The notes under the pieces: generated by a model
Told to the model about the DNA's origin: nothing
Seen by the model: the letters and a program-made list of their open reading frames with translations, nothing else
The model's database searches: none
From: Nemertoderma westbladi
Taxonomy: Eukaryota; Animalia; Xenacoelomorpha
DNA: 64,000 nucleotides
Assembly: GCA_032718475.1 (NCBI GenBank)
Contig: JAUCBJ010002021.1
Location: 1-64,000, forward strand
Direction of reading: 5' to 3'
In this document: in pieces, positions 37,465 through 49,482 of the stretch
How the letters are laid out: every line of letters starts with the position of its first letter
How positions within the stretch are numbered: the first letter of the stretch is position 1
Position numbers and translations under genes: made by a program

Positions 37465-38634
37465 TGTAAAGGCTTTTGCGTAATTAGCCGGTTATTTTCC
37501 CCGTAAAGTACTCTGTAGTTAGTTTACTAGGCATAAAAAGGCCGTGTCCTTACTGTACTGGTGTTTTAGAGGACATAAAAGTAATTTCTTCTGTAGGTGT
37601 ACTTTAGCGGACATAATCCGCAATTTTGTGACGCAATAAGCCGGATCCTCTTGAAAACAGTGTGGCTACCATGACGACGGCTAACAGCTGATATTGCCAC
37701 GTCGAACATTTCTTTGTTCTTTGTTCTCTCTTTGTTCGGTCGACCAATCAGAGCGTTTTTTGACTCTGTGTTGAAGGTTGGATACAGAAACTCATGAATT
37801 CAGTGTATATGTTTTTGCCCAGAGCCTAAGAACACCGGCTTTTGGCACCTCCGTGTTTCAGTCTTTAGCTTAACATTAGTAGGCTTAATTATAGAACGTA
37901 TATCTGTTATCTTATCTCACTTACTTAACAAAACAATCATAACAATTCAATTCAACTACAAACACCGCATTTTTACTGCTTTTACTGTCGGTTATTCATT
38001 ATATTTGTTGATGGAATATTATATCGGAATACTGATCAATAATCAGACACCCCAATCTTCTTGATATACTAAAGGTTAGAGAGACCGGATACATATAACG
38101 ATTGCGACTTACATTAAGTGGTTTGAAGTGAATCTAATGCTATTTCATAGGCCCGACATAAATTGTCTGTTGCTCTCTTTATATGTGACTAAAATTAGTG
38201 AAGGTCGGCAGATTAGTGTGCAGTATTGTGCAGCATTGTGTATGATTGTAACTGATAACAAAGAATCTCCTAAATAATGCGCCATATACGTGAATCTATA
38301 GCCATTCCGTTGTGTCTAGTTTAAGTCATAACTCTGTTTACATATTTAGAGCGCCACGTCCTAAAGGAACTGTTAATATTTCCCGAAAGTGAATAATATT
38401 TGTCAGAGATTATATATTACGATCAGTCGAATAATACAGTAGGCTTACACCTCAATCAAGTTAAGCTTCCGAATCCAGTCTCCCGGGTATATCCAACGGG
38501 TGAATGGTTGTGCATAGACTGGCTTCGGCTAATGTAGTGTATCAAATACTCGTCATAGGTTAAAGACTATCTATCATCTAAAAGACATCCCAATTTGGCA
38601 GGTTAAACTGTCAAAGGTCTTAAAAGCGCAAACA
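37465..38634 (+). repeat. 3' LTR of copy C
   Basis: Near-identical to 19067-20235; preceded by a short purine tract GGGAGCGG and followed by the TSD GTTCA. Confidence 0.96.
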
Positions 38635-38639
38635 GTTCA

Positions 38640-40149
38640 GGTGCTGCTGCTATTTAACAGCTGCCTCTTGGTCCTGCTTAACTTGAGCCCTAGTGCCTAT
38701 AATAGACCTATGGTGCTTTACTAGCCTAGGGTCTGATACTACTACTGTAGGGATGACCTTTCTTACAGTAGGAGGGGACTTGGACTTTGGTCTGAGATGT
38801 TCTATACTCTTATCTGAGTCACAGATCTGTTTGAGTTGATTTATAAATATATATATATACCCGTACAATGGGTTTTGACAATATTTGAAATAAATGTTAT
38901 TATTTCTGGATAAGGAGTCACTACACAGAAGCTGAAGGCTCTCAGTGGAGTGCTACTTGTTAGACACTAACACAGATAATTTTACTTTACTAAGTTACTA
39001 ATCACTACAAATTACTTACAATTACAACAGGTTGAGATTACAATCTCTAAATAAACAATAACAAGTTACACGTGCAATTTTTAGGGTAATTTTACAAGGA
39101 ATCTACGAACCAGCCTAACGAGGAGTTAGAATTTCTGGTTCTTACAAACTGACAGGAAACTACGGTAGTTGAAAACAATAAAGCAGTAGTAAGTAAATTG
39201 TGTTGTCCATGTACCCGGAGTGTCCCTACCTAGAGGTTAATTACCGAAGCCAACCAGAGCTAACGTGCCTATTAACCACGTTACAACACAAATATACTGC
39301 CTACACACTAAATTACTTTCGGAAAGCACTGTACCCTAAACCCTAAATTAGGTACAACTACTTATACAACAAATAACCAGCAGTTAAATATACTTGAACA
39401 GCCAAAAGAACCACGGTATCTGCTGGAGTGACCAGAGCACAAAATCACCAGTCTTTACCTACGCCAAGCAGCCCTGATGTAGTACCAGGGTTAATTTAAC
39501 TATAACGGTATGTATAACAAGCTCAATTACTGTAAGAATAAACTTGGGGAGTTGGAGGTTGCGAATACTCGCAATATAATATAATAAATATTACGCTACC
39601 CATGCAGACTATTTAAATAAAATACAGACCAAATGCTGGCAGACTACTGTCAAGCCTATATAAACTACAGTATATGCAGACTCTGAAATGGTTAGTTAGT
39701 AGGCGTTCTAACCGAGTAGTACGACTTATTCTTTCGGGGGGGGGGGGGGGATTTACCTTACAGCACTGGATGCCCCCACCTTCCTAACTAGCACTTTTTC
39801 GGACAGACACTCTACACACACTGCAATCGCCTCAGACCTAACAATAGCTAGACAACAATCCGGCCTACAAATTATTTATACAATCTGAGCAGGCTTACAC
39901 ACCTTCTGCTCAATATTACACTTACAGATAAATAAAACTGACAGAAATAAGTAAACCATACAAAGGAATAAGGGGTGATCAATCCCTAATCCCCTAACAG
40001 CCTACAATATACAATATTTCACAATCGAAATAATACTGGGTACCTGTAAGTACCGGTTCGGGTGGTTGGGCAGTTAGGCCTACAGTTCACCGTCCGACCG
40101 GTACATTCAACTTTATTGCCTATGTGCAATCAAGAATAAAAACTATTAA
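38640..40149 (-). mobile_element. Leader and gag 5' end of copy B
   Basis: Reverse complement of the copy C leader; PPTVRKVIPTVVVSDPRLV matches the gag N-terminus. Confidence 0.92.
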
Positions 40150-41273
40150 TGTTCGCGCTTTTAGACCTTTAGCAGTTTAACCTGCCAATTTTAGTTGTCC
40201 TCTTGTTTATAAATCGACTTTAGCCTATATCAATTACCTAGTGTACTGAAGTTACATCAGCCAAAGCCAATCCGTGCGCGACCTATCACCCACGGTTTTG
40301 GGAGACTGGATTCGGATTCCTTGAGAGCGATTGCGGTGTAGACCTACTGTATTATTCGATTGATCGTTACTATATAATCTCTGACAAATATATTTACTTT
40401 CGGGGAAATATTAACAGTTCCTTTAGGACGTGGCGTTTTAATTATAAAAACAGAGTTATGACTTATACTAATCACAACTAGATGGCCACAGAGTTTCGTA
40501 AATAGCGCATTCTTTAGGAGATGCTTTATTAACCTTCACACCACTTCACACGACTTCACACTACTTCACACTAATCTGCCGACCATCACTGAATTTGATC
40601 ATATATAAGGAGGATCGCAACTGACACATGTAGGGATTATGAAATAGCATTTAATTCACACAAAACCAATATAATGTAAGTCACAGTTGCTACCGGTAAA
40701 CCTGTTCCTCTTACCTTCAGTAATCAAGAAGATTGGGGGTTTTATGATTATTTATCGGTATTCTCCAAATATAACAGCAATAGCCATTAACATAACAACA
40801 ATTAATAACAGAAGTAAAATAATGCGGTGAACAGTCAGTATGTGTTACATAATGCATGAAATGTTGTATGAAATATGTGTTCCGATGTGCAGTGAGATGC
40901 GGTGATTCAGTTAATAGTTTTACGTTCTTATAATCAAGGCCATCTGATGTTTCCTAGGCCAAAGTCTGAAACTTCTACACAGAAGCACAGAAAATTCCGA
41001 GCTGGTTCTGATGCTCAGAAAAAGGTAAACAAAGACCGTAATGCATTGCGAGGGTTTCCATAGGCCTCTGTCAGACATAAAGGGAAAATTGCTCTGATTG
41101 GCTGAATGGAGCAGAACAAAGAAAAATTCCACGTCCACAAAGAATCAGCTGATAGATTTCGTCACACCAGCTCCAATCCCTTCCCGTCGTGTAGATGGAT
41201 AAATTTAGGGCTATTTTAGAGTATTCTGCGCATTGCGGAAAAATGACTTGTTATGTCCGCAAAAGCTTTTACA
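40150..41273 (-). repeat. 5' LTR of copy B
   Basis: Minus strand TGTAAAAGCTTTTG...AAAAGCGCGAACA; GTAGG TSD adjacent. Confidence 0.94.
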
Positions 41274-42828
41274 GTAGGACATGTATTACATTGCGGTAGA
41301 GCTGAAGATAAAGATGGACCAATATTTGTAAAAAAAAGTCGTTAAAAACTTGTGCAATTTAAGATGGGGGTAGAAGCAATAATTGTGTTACTATCGGCAT
41401 TATTTTAAAATTTAACTTTAAAGGGGTACCGTGTTTCTTGTGATTGGTCAATGCTGAATTAATAAGTTTCCCAGTGCGGCGCATATTTAGCCACCTGATT
41501 TAAAAGTATTCTCATAGCATAGTAATTCGTTTATTCGTAACGTAGTAATTCGTTTATTCGTAACGTAGTAATTCGTAACATATTTCTGTATCGCACATAA
41601 GCTAAAGTAATTTACTACAGTAGCTGTGGGTTTGAGTGACATATACTGTATTTACAATAAAGTTTATTTTTTAGTCTTATCAATTTTAAAATACAGTACA
41701 AGGCGTTATCTAAGGTTTGCGTTGACCAAGGTTTTGTTATTTCCAACTTTTGTCGTTTTTTTTATAACTACAGTATATAATAATATATATCAAATATGTA
41801 CAGTAACATCTGAATTTCATTGAGAAACAGCTGAGATATACAGCATATAATAGTAAATTTTGACAACTTTGCTAAGTTTCAGACGTTATGGACTGTAGAA
41901 TCTGGTCATAATTGGTAAAATGATCAGTTGTCCCAAAGTTGAATATCTCTGTTTTGTAATCGAACTATTAACGATTAATTATAATTGTTAAAAGAGTCCA
42001 TAAAAAATTTTCATGTTACCATTTAAGGTGATTATATTTACTCTATTTGTAACAGTAATAATTGCTATAGTTTCTGAAGAAGGTTATATTCTGGAATTTG
42101 CCGTTATTAGCAATTATTTGGAACTTGTTTTGAGCATTACCGATAGATTATTACTGTATTAGAATAAATTGTTTTTGTAAGAGTAAGAATTCCAAATTGA
42201 AAATGCCAAAATGGCGCGAATGTTATGAAAGCCCACCATCGCGGCGATTCTACCCCTTTGAGCGCAGCCCTGTGAATCATAGCGAAAGAGATGAAAATAC
42301 ATGGAAAGAAGTTGAAAATCACCCGAAAGGTTTACTTATATCGCCCTGTTGACACCCCTTGCCATTTTTTCACCAGTCCTTTTTAGTGTATTTTAATGCT
42401 TTTTTGGTATTGGTGAATGTTCTAGAACATTAATATATATGTTTTTACGGTAGCTATTGTTTTTTACTAGTTAGTTAGTTTTAAAATATTTTTTTATATT
42501 GTTGGTAAGTGTTCAAGAACATGTCTATTATTCATTAAGGTAGCTACCGCTAGTGTTTTTGTTTTTTTACTTGCTAGTATTTTGAAATTATAAAAAAAAT
42601 GTGAAAACATGAAATTTCAGAATTACTGTTGCAGAATATTAATGTCCAAAAATATTGATGATATTTTATAACAGTTTACAGCGAATATTATTTTTTATTA
42701 TTTTTTAACATCATCGTGTGGTGGAACAATTTTCTGAATCTAAATTCAGGAAAATGTTAAATAAATGGTGAAGAAAATGATGACGGGGCGAAGTAGTACC
42801 CCCGAAAGAATCGAATGATGAGAATCTA

Positions 42829-43962
42829 TTGGAGTATGAAGAGAACAAACTTGATCATCAAACTGATATTGAGGATACCAATAATAATAATGTTTCAACG
42901 AAAGAACCTGCTATGGTTTATTTAAAGATAAAGATTGTAGGAATGGTTAAGTCAAGGAAGTTCTGGTTGGTTTTCGTACTGATTACCCTTATTATGACCA
43001 ATGCGGCTACGTTGGCGGGGTTGGTTACCTTAATACTAAATTACATGAAACGGAAGGCGGATCAACAGTCAAATAGGCCTAGTCAACAACAATATCTGGA
43101 GAAGGTAACTCCAGTACTGGTAGTAATTAATGGTAGTAATTATACGGTTTTAGACTCTGTCACATCTGTGTCGATTTCTGTGCCTGACTTTCCTTGTAGC
43201 GGTGAGAACGGTAACGGAACAGTTACCGGTTCCCCACCCGGTGTCGATCTACAGATCGAATGTGAAGACGGATGGTTAGTTATTCAGAGAAGGAAAAGGG
43301 AAAAGAGTTTGACTTCGGAATTCGATACACAATACGGGGATACCAGATACATAGACGGATTCCAGTCCGATTATGGGTATTGGATTGGTTTAGATAAATT
43401 ATCCAAACTCACCAAAGATGGCGCTGTTGAGCTTCGGATTGATGGAATTTGTGAAGCGTGGGAAGTGATGCAAGATGTCGAGCAACCCACATTTTATGAG
43501 GGGGTTGCTGTGTTGGGCAATGCTAAGCTCCACAACTATGATATTGAGTGTGATGGAACAAACAACAGCTGATTGTATTCGAGTTTTCGTGTTGGAGACG
43601 CATCAACAGGATACCAGCTGATGGTGGATGGTTTTAATGGTTCCGCCACAGATTTTGGGAGTAAGGAGAAAGCGTTGAAAACAGATTTATTATTGGAATA
43701 CAACAGATCCTCATTCGCATCCTATTACTGCAATAAGCAATGTTCGAGTGGCTGGTGGTACTGGAACGGAAAAGAAAGCAATAAGAAGTGGTCAAGAAGA
43801 GCTCACTTGAATGGAATTCGAGCCCCCGGCAGTGAGACGTACAACATTTCATTAGAGTATTGGAAGCTAAAGTATAAATTTTATTTTAAATATCATTTCC
43901 GAAGTATCTCAATGAAAATTAGGAGAAAAGAAGAAACGAATACAACGGAAACAATATTATAG
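42829..43962 (+). pseudogene. Intronless fibrinogen-related domain (FReD) gene with N-terminal hydrophobic segment and in-frame TGA at 43570-43572
   Basis: GWLVIQRR, YIDGF, YWIGLDKLSKLT, ELRID, YSSFRVGDASTGYQLMVDGFNG, GWWY, LNG, ISMKIR. FWLVFVLITLIMTNAATLAGLVTLIL is TM-like. Start codon uncertain. Confidence 0.82.
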
Positions 43963-45799
43963 AAGGGTACTAGGCCTATAGTAGGATTTGTGTCACCATT
44001 TTGAAAACGATACTTAAAGGGCTTATAGAAAACGTACCAGTATCTAAGTAACCGGATTTTATTTGTTCGTTTAATGAAACTTATATAATAAATGTTTTCT
44101 TGCCGAAAGCTTAATTTTTCTTTCATCCATTCGGTTGGCAAAAGGGTGGTTTTTATACAAGACTAGATGGCGGCTATAGAGAGTTCCAAATACAATTCAA
44201 ATACAACATGCCCGAGAATTTAGTGTCGAAATCAGTGGTATGCCCCCCCCCCCCCCCCCCCCCCTTAACTTTTTTACAAATCTTAATTGGGTGGAAGAAA
44301 TGCCTACCTCCCTTCCCAAGTGACTTCCGGTTTCGCTCAGGGAACCTGCCGTCGTCGGTCGTCAAGCGCCCTGTCGAAGATATACGTTAGACCCCGGAAG
44401 CAGTCAACAAGAACCCCCGGGTTCTTGTTGACTGAAATTTAATGGCATTCACTAGTAATGATATCTCACCAATAAATGCTATTGCACATACGGTGCGAAG
44501 TAGCGTAATCACCAAAAACACCTATAACCAAATAAATACGAGAGGTATGGTGAGTATAGGAGAGATAACATTTATTGTACAGTAGAAATGCCCCTGTAGA
44601 ATAAACTGTAGTATACCTCAATAATTAATGGGGTTCACGACTCAAATTCAAAACCAGATTAATTAGATGCAATAATATCACAGAAACACAATGGCGTTTA
44701 CAGAATTCAATACGATGCTAAAATAGCCGAGATATTAGTGTTTTCAGTTTAAAAATTATTCAAAATATGAAAACGATCTGTGATTGGTTGTGACGTCACT
44801 ACACGCCTCTGAATTCCATTTATATCAACATTCAGATACCTAAACACTATCTTTGTATAAATTGGGGCAGTTTTGTTACTGCAGGGACTGCTATATTGGT
44901 ACTGTAGTACAGCAGTCACCGCGGTACAAGCACTGCAGCACTGTATACTTGCTTATTTATACGGCGAGCGGAGATTAAACGGGACAACGTCAAAGCACAA
45001 GGAGGAGCGAACAGGGGTTCCCGGAACAACGGCAAGGAGGAGCGAATACGGCGAATGGGAGTACCTGGAGCCAGGGAGCCGCGAGCCGGAACGCCCATGA
45101 GAATGTCCCATTAAGCCTACTACTGTACTACGACCGTACTGACAAAGGAAGAAAATGATGTACGTATAGGCCTACATAGATATTATGACCTGACGGGTTC
45201 AGCCAAGAGGAGAATGACATTGTATCTGTATGGGCCGTATCAGATGCTGAGATGTGTACAGTCAAGGGGAATCGACCAACGGTTAGTGTTAACGCTCATC
45301 ATGAGGGTCTGATGATGAGTGCGTGACTCGACAAAATGCTAACAATGATACCGGAACTAGTGGCGACGTAGTCGCTTATGTATTGCTGCAAGGCGCTGTT
45401 AGAAACGACTGAACGTTGAACGATGTTTGGTTGCCTAACAGAGTTGGTTAAACTATCTTACTAGAAAGCATACAGCGTAGAGACACGATTGCCATTCGGG
45501 CTCCGCGAGTTATCATATCCCAAACGCTTTCGTTGACTCGGACTGCCCACATTTGAGTATCGATTCCACCAATTAGATTTAGTGCAATTCTACCAGTTGC
45601 TTAAAAGATTGGATTATAATGTATAGAGAGACTGATTAATACGGAATACACATTTCAGAGTCATTGAATGTTCATGGATTATTTATTCTAACCGCCCATG
45701 TGATGAATACCAGGATTTCACTTTTCGGTCGACTTTTTATTATAATTTTATATAGGCCCTATGAAGATTGTTTATTTTTTTACATTTCTCTTTATTAAG

Positions 45800-47417
45800 T
45801 GTGGGGCGAGCCACGAAGTGAGTGAGCCTTAGCGTAGGGGTACCATTAATCAACCTGTCGTTCTGTCGCGTTTTTTTTCAGTATTTTATTTTAAACGTTA
45901 ATAACTCGGCCAATCCTTGATGAAATCTATCCAAACTTGGTACACATGTTGTTTGGCAAAAGTTTGAAAATTTTCCAAGTAGAATTTGCGTGGGGCCTTC
46001 GTGCAGCATCAGTGTAACTGTTATTGCAGTTATAATAAATTTATTTATCCAAATTTAAAATGCGTTAAATTATTATTACTGTAGGATAAATCAGCTGGGT
46101 TTCTGGACAAATTTTGCAATACATTGGGGCAGTCTGCATGTACCATGTGTACCGGTACTGTCAGGCTGTACTCAATCCCTGAATCGAGAATCCTGCAATC
46201 CACAATCAGTCAATACTGCAATACTGGTCAGCCGGTACCATACACTGCAGACATGCCATATCATGTAATCTAATTAAAGCAACCGGCAACCCTTGCGGTG
46301 ATTATAGTTTAGGCCTAATTCAGTAATTAGCCCAGTACCGGCACCGGTAATAATAATATAATACTGTAGTTTAGATAGTTACCGCTAATCATTCAGTTAT
46401 TGGCACGGTACACCGTATTGCTGTACTGCCGTTGTAGTGCGCACCGTAGGTACAACCCTACTACCGGTACCGGCTGACCGGTGGCAACCAGCACTTCAGC
46501 ACTTGCAGACTTGCACAGCAACAGCACTACCGGCGATACACAGGTTGGAATTTATGTAGAGTTTGCTCAACAGTACAGATATAAAATAGTTATCTAAATT
46601 ATATATATTGCTATTGACAAGTATTGAAATATATACCGTTATTCGTGTTATCAGTATTTGCAACATCTGACATTGAAGAGGTGAGAGAAGATGAATACCG
46701 GCACTCAACAAAACCAACGCTTATCACAGGTCGGTATGGTTACCTCGAAACCGGCGCGACTGTCCACTCGAATACAACTTCAAAACACAAACGCCAACAA
46801 TAAACTGAAAGCGAATCGAACGTCTTCAGAAGAATCTGTCATTGGGACGAAGAAAAGGAAGCCGAAACCACGGGAATGGACCACAGCTAAGATTGAATGC
46901 TCCCATTGTCAGAGTTCCTGGACCGAAATTGAAACACCAATTGCCGATGGGCTTGATCTCTCAAACCAAAACTTCCTCTGCGGGGTTTGCGCGGCAGTAA
47001 AGATTGAAAGTCTGGAAGCTGGCATCCCTAGGTATTATTATTATAAAGAGCGTCAGCCTGCGTTTAATAAATATATTTTAATACAAAACAGGTCGAACGC
47101 AAAGAGGATTATAATGAAGACGAGTACTGCATTGATTATATTCCTATAAACCACCTGGCTTTGCATATTGAACGTGCGTTTGGAAATAAGTTCGTGCTAC
47201 CCTTCCGTGGGTGGTAGATGTCGCGGTTATGTATTGGTGGGTGGGGGGAGGGGAGGGGGGGGTGTGCAGATTAAAAGGGGTGAACACGTACTGTCCCCCT
47301 TTCTTAGATTAATTGGTGGTGTGGGTTAATCTCTCATAACCTGATTTTGTGATACAGTCGCACAATTTTAATTTGTATCTCATAACTGGGCCTCGTGCTG
47401 CGCGAAGGCCCCACGAA
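45800..47417. mobile_element. Insertion splitting a dispersed repeat; Helentron/DINE-like features
   Basis: Flanks 45693-45800 and 47418-47533 are contiguous in the copy at 51372-51577. Internal GTGGGGCCTTCGTGCAGCA (~45989) is the inverse of ~47395-47413. Also carries a Cys-motif ORF fragment (46691-47040). Confidence 0.5.
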
Positions 47418-47912
47418 CGTGTTTTATGGCGCTTATTTCTGTCTTATAACCTGTACATATACTAATTCGTTAATTGTTTTGGTTAGATTGAGCCCTTCTG
47501 TAACCTGTGTTTTTGGTGAAAACCTGGTATTCTAGTACAGTAGTAAAAGGTAAAACCTGGTGTTCGCCATATTCGCTGCTCCTTGCCGTTGTCCCGGCCC
47601 CGGGTACCTCAGTACCCCCCGTTCGTTGTACACCGTATTCGCTCCAACTCGTCGTTGTTCCGGCTGTCCGGGTACCCCCTGTTCGCCGTATTCACTCCTC
47701 CTTGCCGTTCAGCCGTTGTTCCGGGAACCCCTGTTCGCTCCTCCTTGTGCTTTGCCGTGGTCCCGTTTAATCTCCGTTCGCCGTATAAATAAGCAAGTAT
47801 ACAGTGCTGCAGTGTGCAGTGCTTGTACCGGTGACTGCTGTACTACAGTACTAATATAGCAGTCCCTGCAGTAACAAACTGCTCCAATTTATACAAAGAT
47901 AGTATTACAGTA

Positions 47913-47968
47913 GGGTAAATCTTTTCGACCTACGCGTAGGCCTACGCGTAGGTCGAAAAGATTTACCC
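47913..47968. mobile_element. 56-bp perfect palindrome with 8-bp direct flanks (minimal MITE)
   Basis: GGGTAAATCTTTTCGACCTACGCGTAGG followed by its exact reverse complement. TTACAGTA on both sides (47905-47912, 47969-47976). Absent from the left TIR. Confidence 0.85.
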
Positions 47969-48860
47969 TTACAGTATTAGCTATTTGGTATCTGAATGTT
48001 GATATAAATTGAATTCAGAGGCGTATAGTGACGTCACGACCAATCACAGATCGTTTTCATATTTTGAATAATTTTTAAAATGAAAACACAAATATCTCAG
48101 CTATTTTAGCATCTTATTGAATTCTATAAACGCCATTGTGTTTCTGTGATATTATTGCATCTAATTAATCTGGTTTTGAATTTGAGTCGTGAACCCCATT
48201 GGCACCAACATCTGACTACTCTCCAATATAGGTTACACCTTCACCTGTTACTTCTTTCTTAGCCGTGAGTGACCTGGTATTTCCCCTATTTACTAATAGT
48301 CCACTTCTATCGTAACAAATAACCAAATGTATTGTCCTTACTGTATTACATTCCTACAGTAGTTATTGCATCATTGTTCGGTCTGCCAATACATATTTAA
48401 CACCCGATTTTTAGGTCTCCAATATTCATTCACACCTTCTCAATGTCTTTGTACTCACATCATACCATCACTCACTCTGTAGCCAAGATGCCATCCTCTA
48501 TTGTTCTCTCACTTATTGTGTTACATATTATCTCCTACAGTATTCTCGTTTATCGGTTTGGGATTACTTCACTCACAATAGTGTCACCCTCCTCCCTTCT
48601 CCTCCCTTCTCCTTAGTGGTTGAGCCAGAATTTTTATTTTCGCTTTCATTCTTTAGAACCTTTAGAATCGTTACAATCTTATAAGTGATTTGTTGGTACC
48701 AATAGATAGCTGTCCATACAAGGATTCTAAATATGTAAAAAATTGTGAACTTGGTTGGGAATTACCTAAGATAGGGGCATTCGAAAGTTGCATGCATTTG
48801 CTTCCTATGCAGGCCATTTATTATTTAATAAACATTAATAAACAAACAAACAACGCATTC

Positions 48861-49130
48861 TCAAACACGGCGTTTTGACCTTTCGATTCCTTGGTGGGAA
48901 TCGTGGATCCGTTCTAGAACTTCCCTTCGACATTCCGGGGGAATTATAACCAATCCCCTGTCGATAGATAATTCAGTCCACACTTTTATCCGCTGTTGAA
49001 CAAGGCGATTGTAAACTGAGTCACCTTGAAAGTCACACACAATCGCACCAATTAAGGCCAACTTTATTCTTTAGGCGCTGCTACTTTCCTAATACGTTCT
49101 AGAACAGGGTCAATGTAAGTAGGATCAGTG
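48861..49130 (-). mobile_element. Gypsy-type pol fragment (integrase Zn-finger region)
   Basis: DPVLERIRK...ELSIDRGLVIIPPECRREVLERIHDSHQGIERSKRR. Confidence 0.8.
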
Positions 49131-49378
49131 TTACCTCTCGGATCGGTCCGGATCAGTGTTACCTTCTGGCAAAACAAAGCACATTCCACGACAGCCGACA
49201 TTCACACAGTCATTCTCGTCTGTTGGGTAGGGATCCGACACTGGTGTACGGGACAAGGCGTCAGGAATATTAACAGTGAGATTTACCTTTACGCCTTTGC
49301 ACCTCAATAGTGAACCAACTTAAAAAGTCCTTTTCACGCAAAACTCATATAATTACATAAAAAATTATATTAAAAAAA

Positions 49379-49482
49379 GCCCCCAAGGGATAGCACCGCT
49401 TCTCGTCTGATCAACGGAAGTTAAAACCCTTCGGCTTGGTTAGTACTCGGATAGGAGACCGCAATGGGACAAAGAAGGCTGT
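49379..49482 (+). pseudogene. 5S rRNA-derived sequence (pseudogene or SINE3 head)
   Basis: AGCACCGCTTCTCGTCTGATCAACGGAAGTTAA...GGTTAGTACTCGGATAGGAGACCGC follows the 5S box A/IE/box C layout; the ends are diverged. Confidence 0.8.

Larger units (their letters stand above)
19067..38634 (+). mobile_element. BEL/Pao copy C, structurally complete ~19.6-kb element with accessory ORF3
   Basis: Near-identical LTRs (19067-20235, 37465-38634), TG...CA ends, TSD GTTCA (19062-19066 and 38635-38639), gag-PR-RT-RH-IN order. Confidence 0.97.
15302..41273 (-). mobile_element. BEL/Pao copy B (outer element), pol/ORF3 deleted, hosting nested copy C
   Basis: TG...CA termini flanked by the 5-bp TSD GTAGG (15297-15301 and 41274-41278). 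5' LTR 40150-41273, leader, gag split at 19062/38639, partial 3' LTR 15302-15800. Confidence 0.95.
44630..48197. mobile_element. Non-autonomous DNA element with long (~430 bp) terminal inverted repeats
   Basis: 44630-45060 is the reverse complement of ~47680-48197 (GGGGTTCACGACTCAAA...TTTGAGTCGTGAACCCC). Flanks are AAT/ATT. No transposase seen. Confidence 0.8.

Noticed and set aside
43570-43572. Selenocysteine codon
   Set aside because: The position is not a recognisable redox Cys and no SECIS was evident by eye; a nonsense mutation is the simpler explanation.
49379-49482. Functional 5S rRNA gene
   Set aside because: Terminal helix not formed, internal deletion, single copy with no T-run terminator at the expected position.
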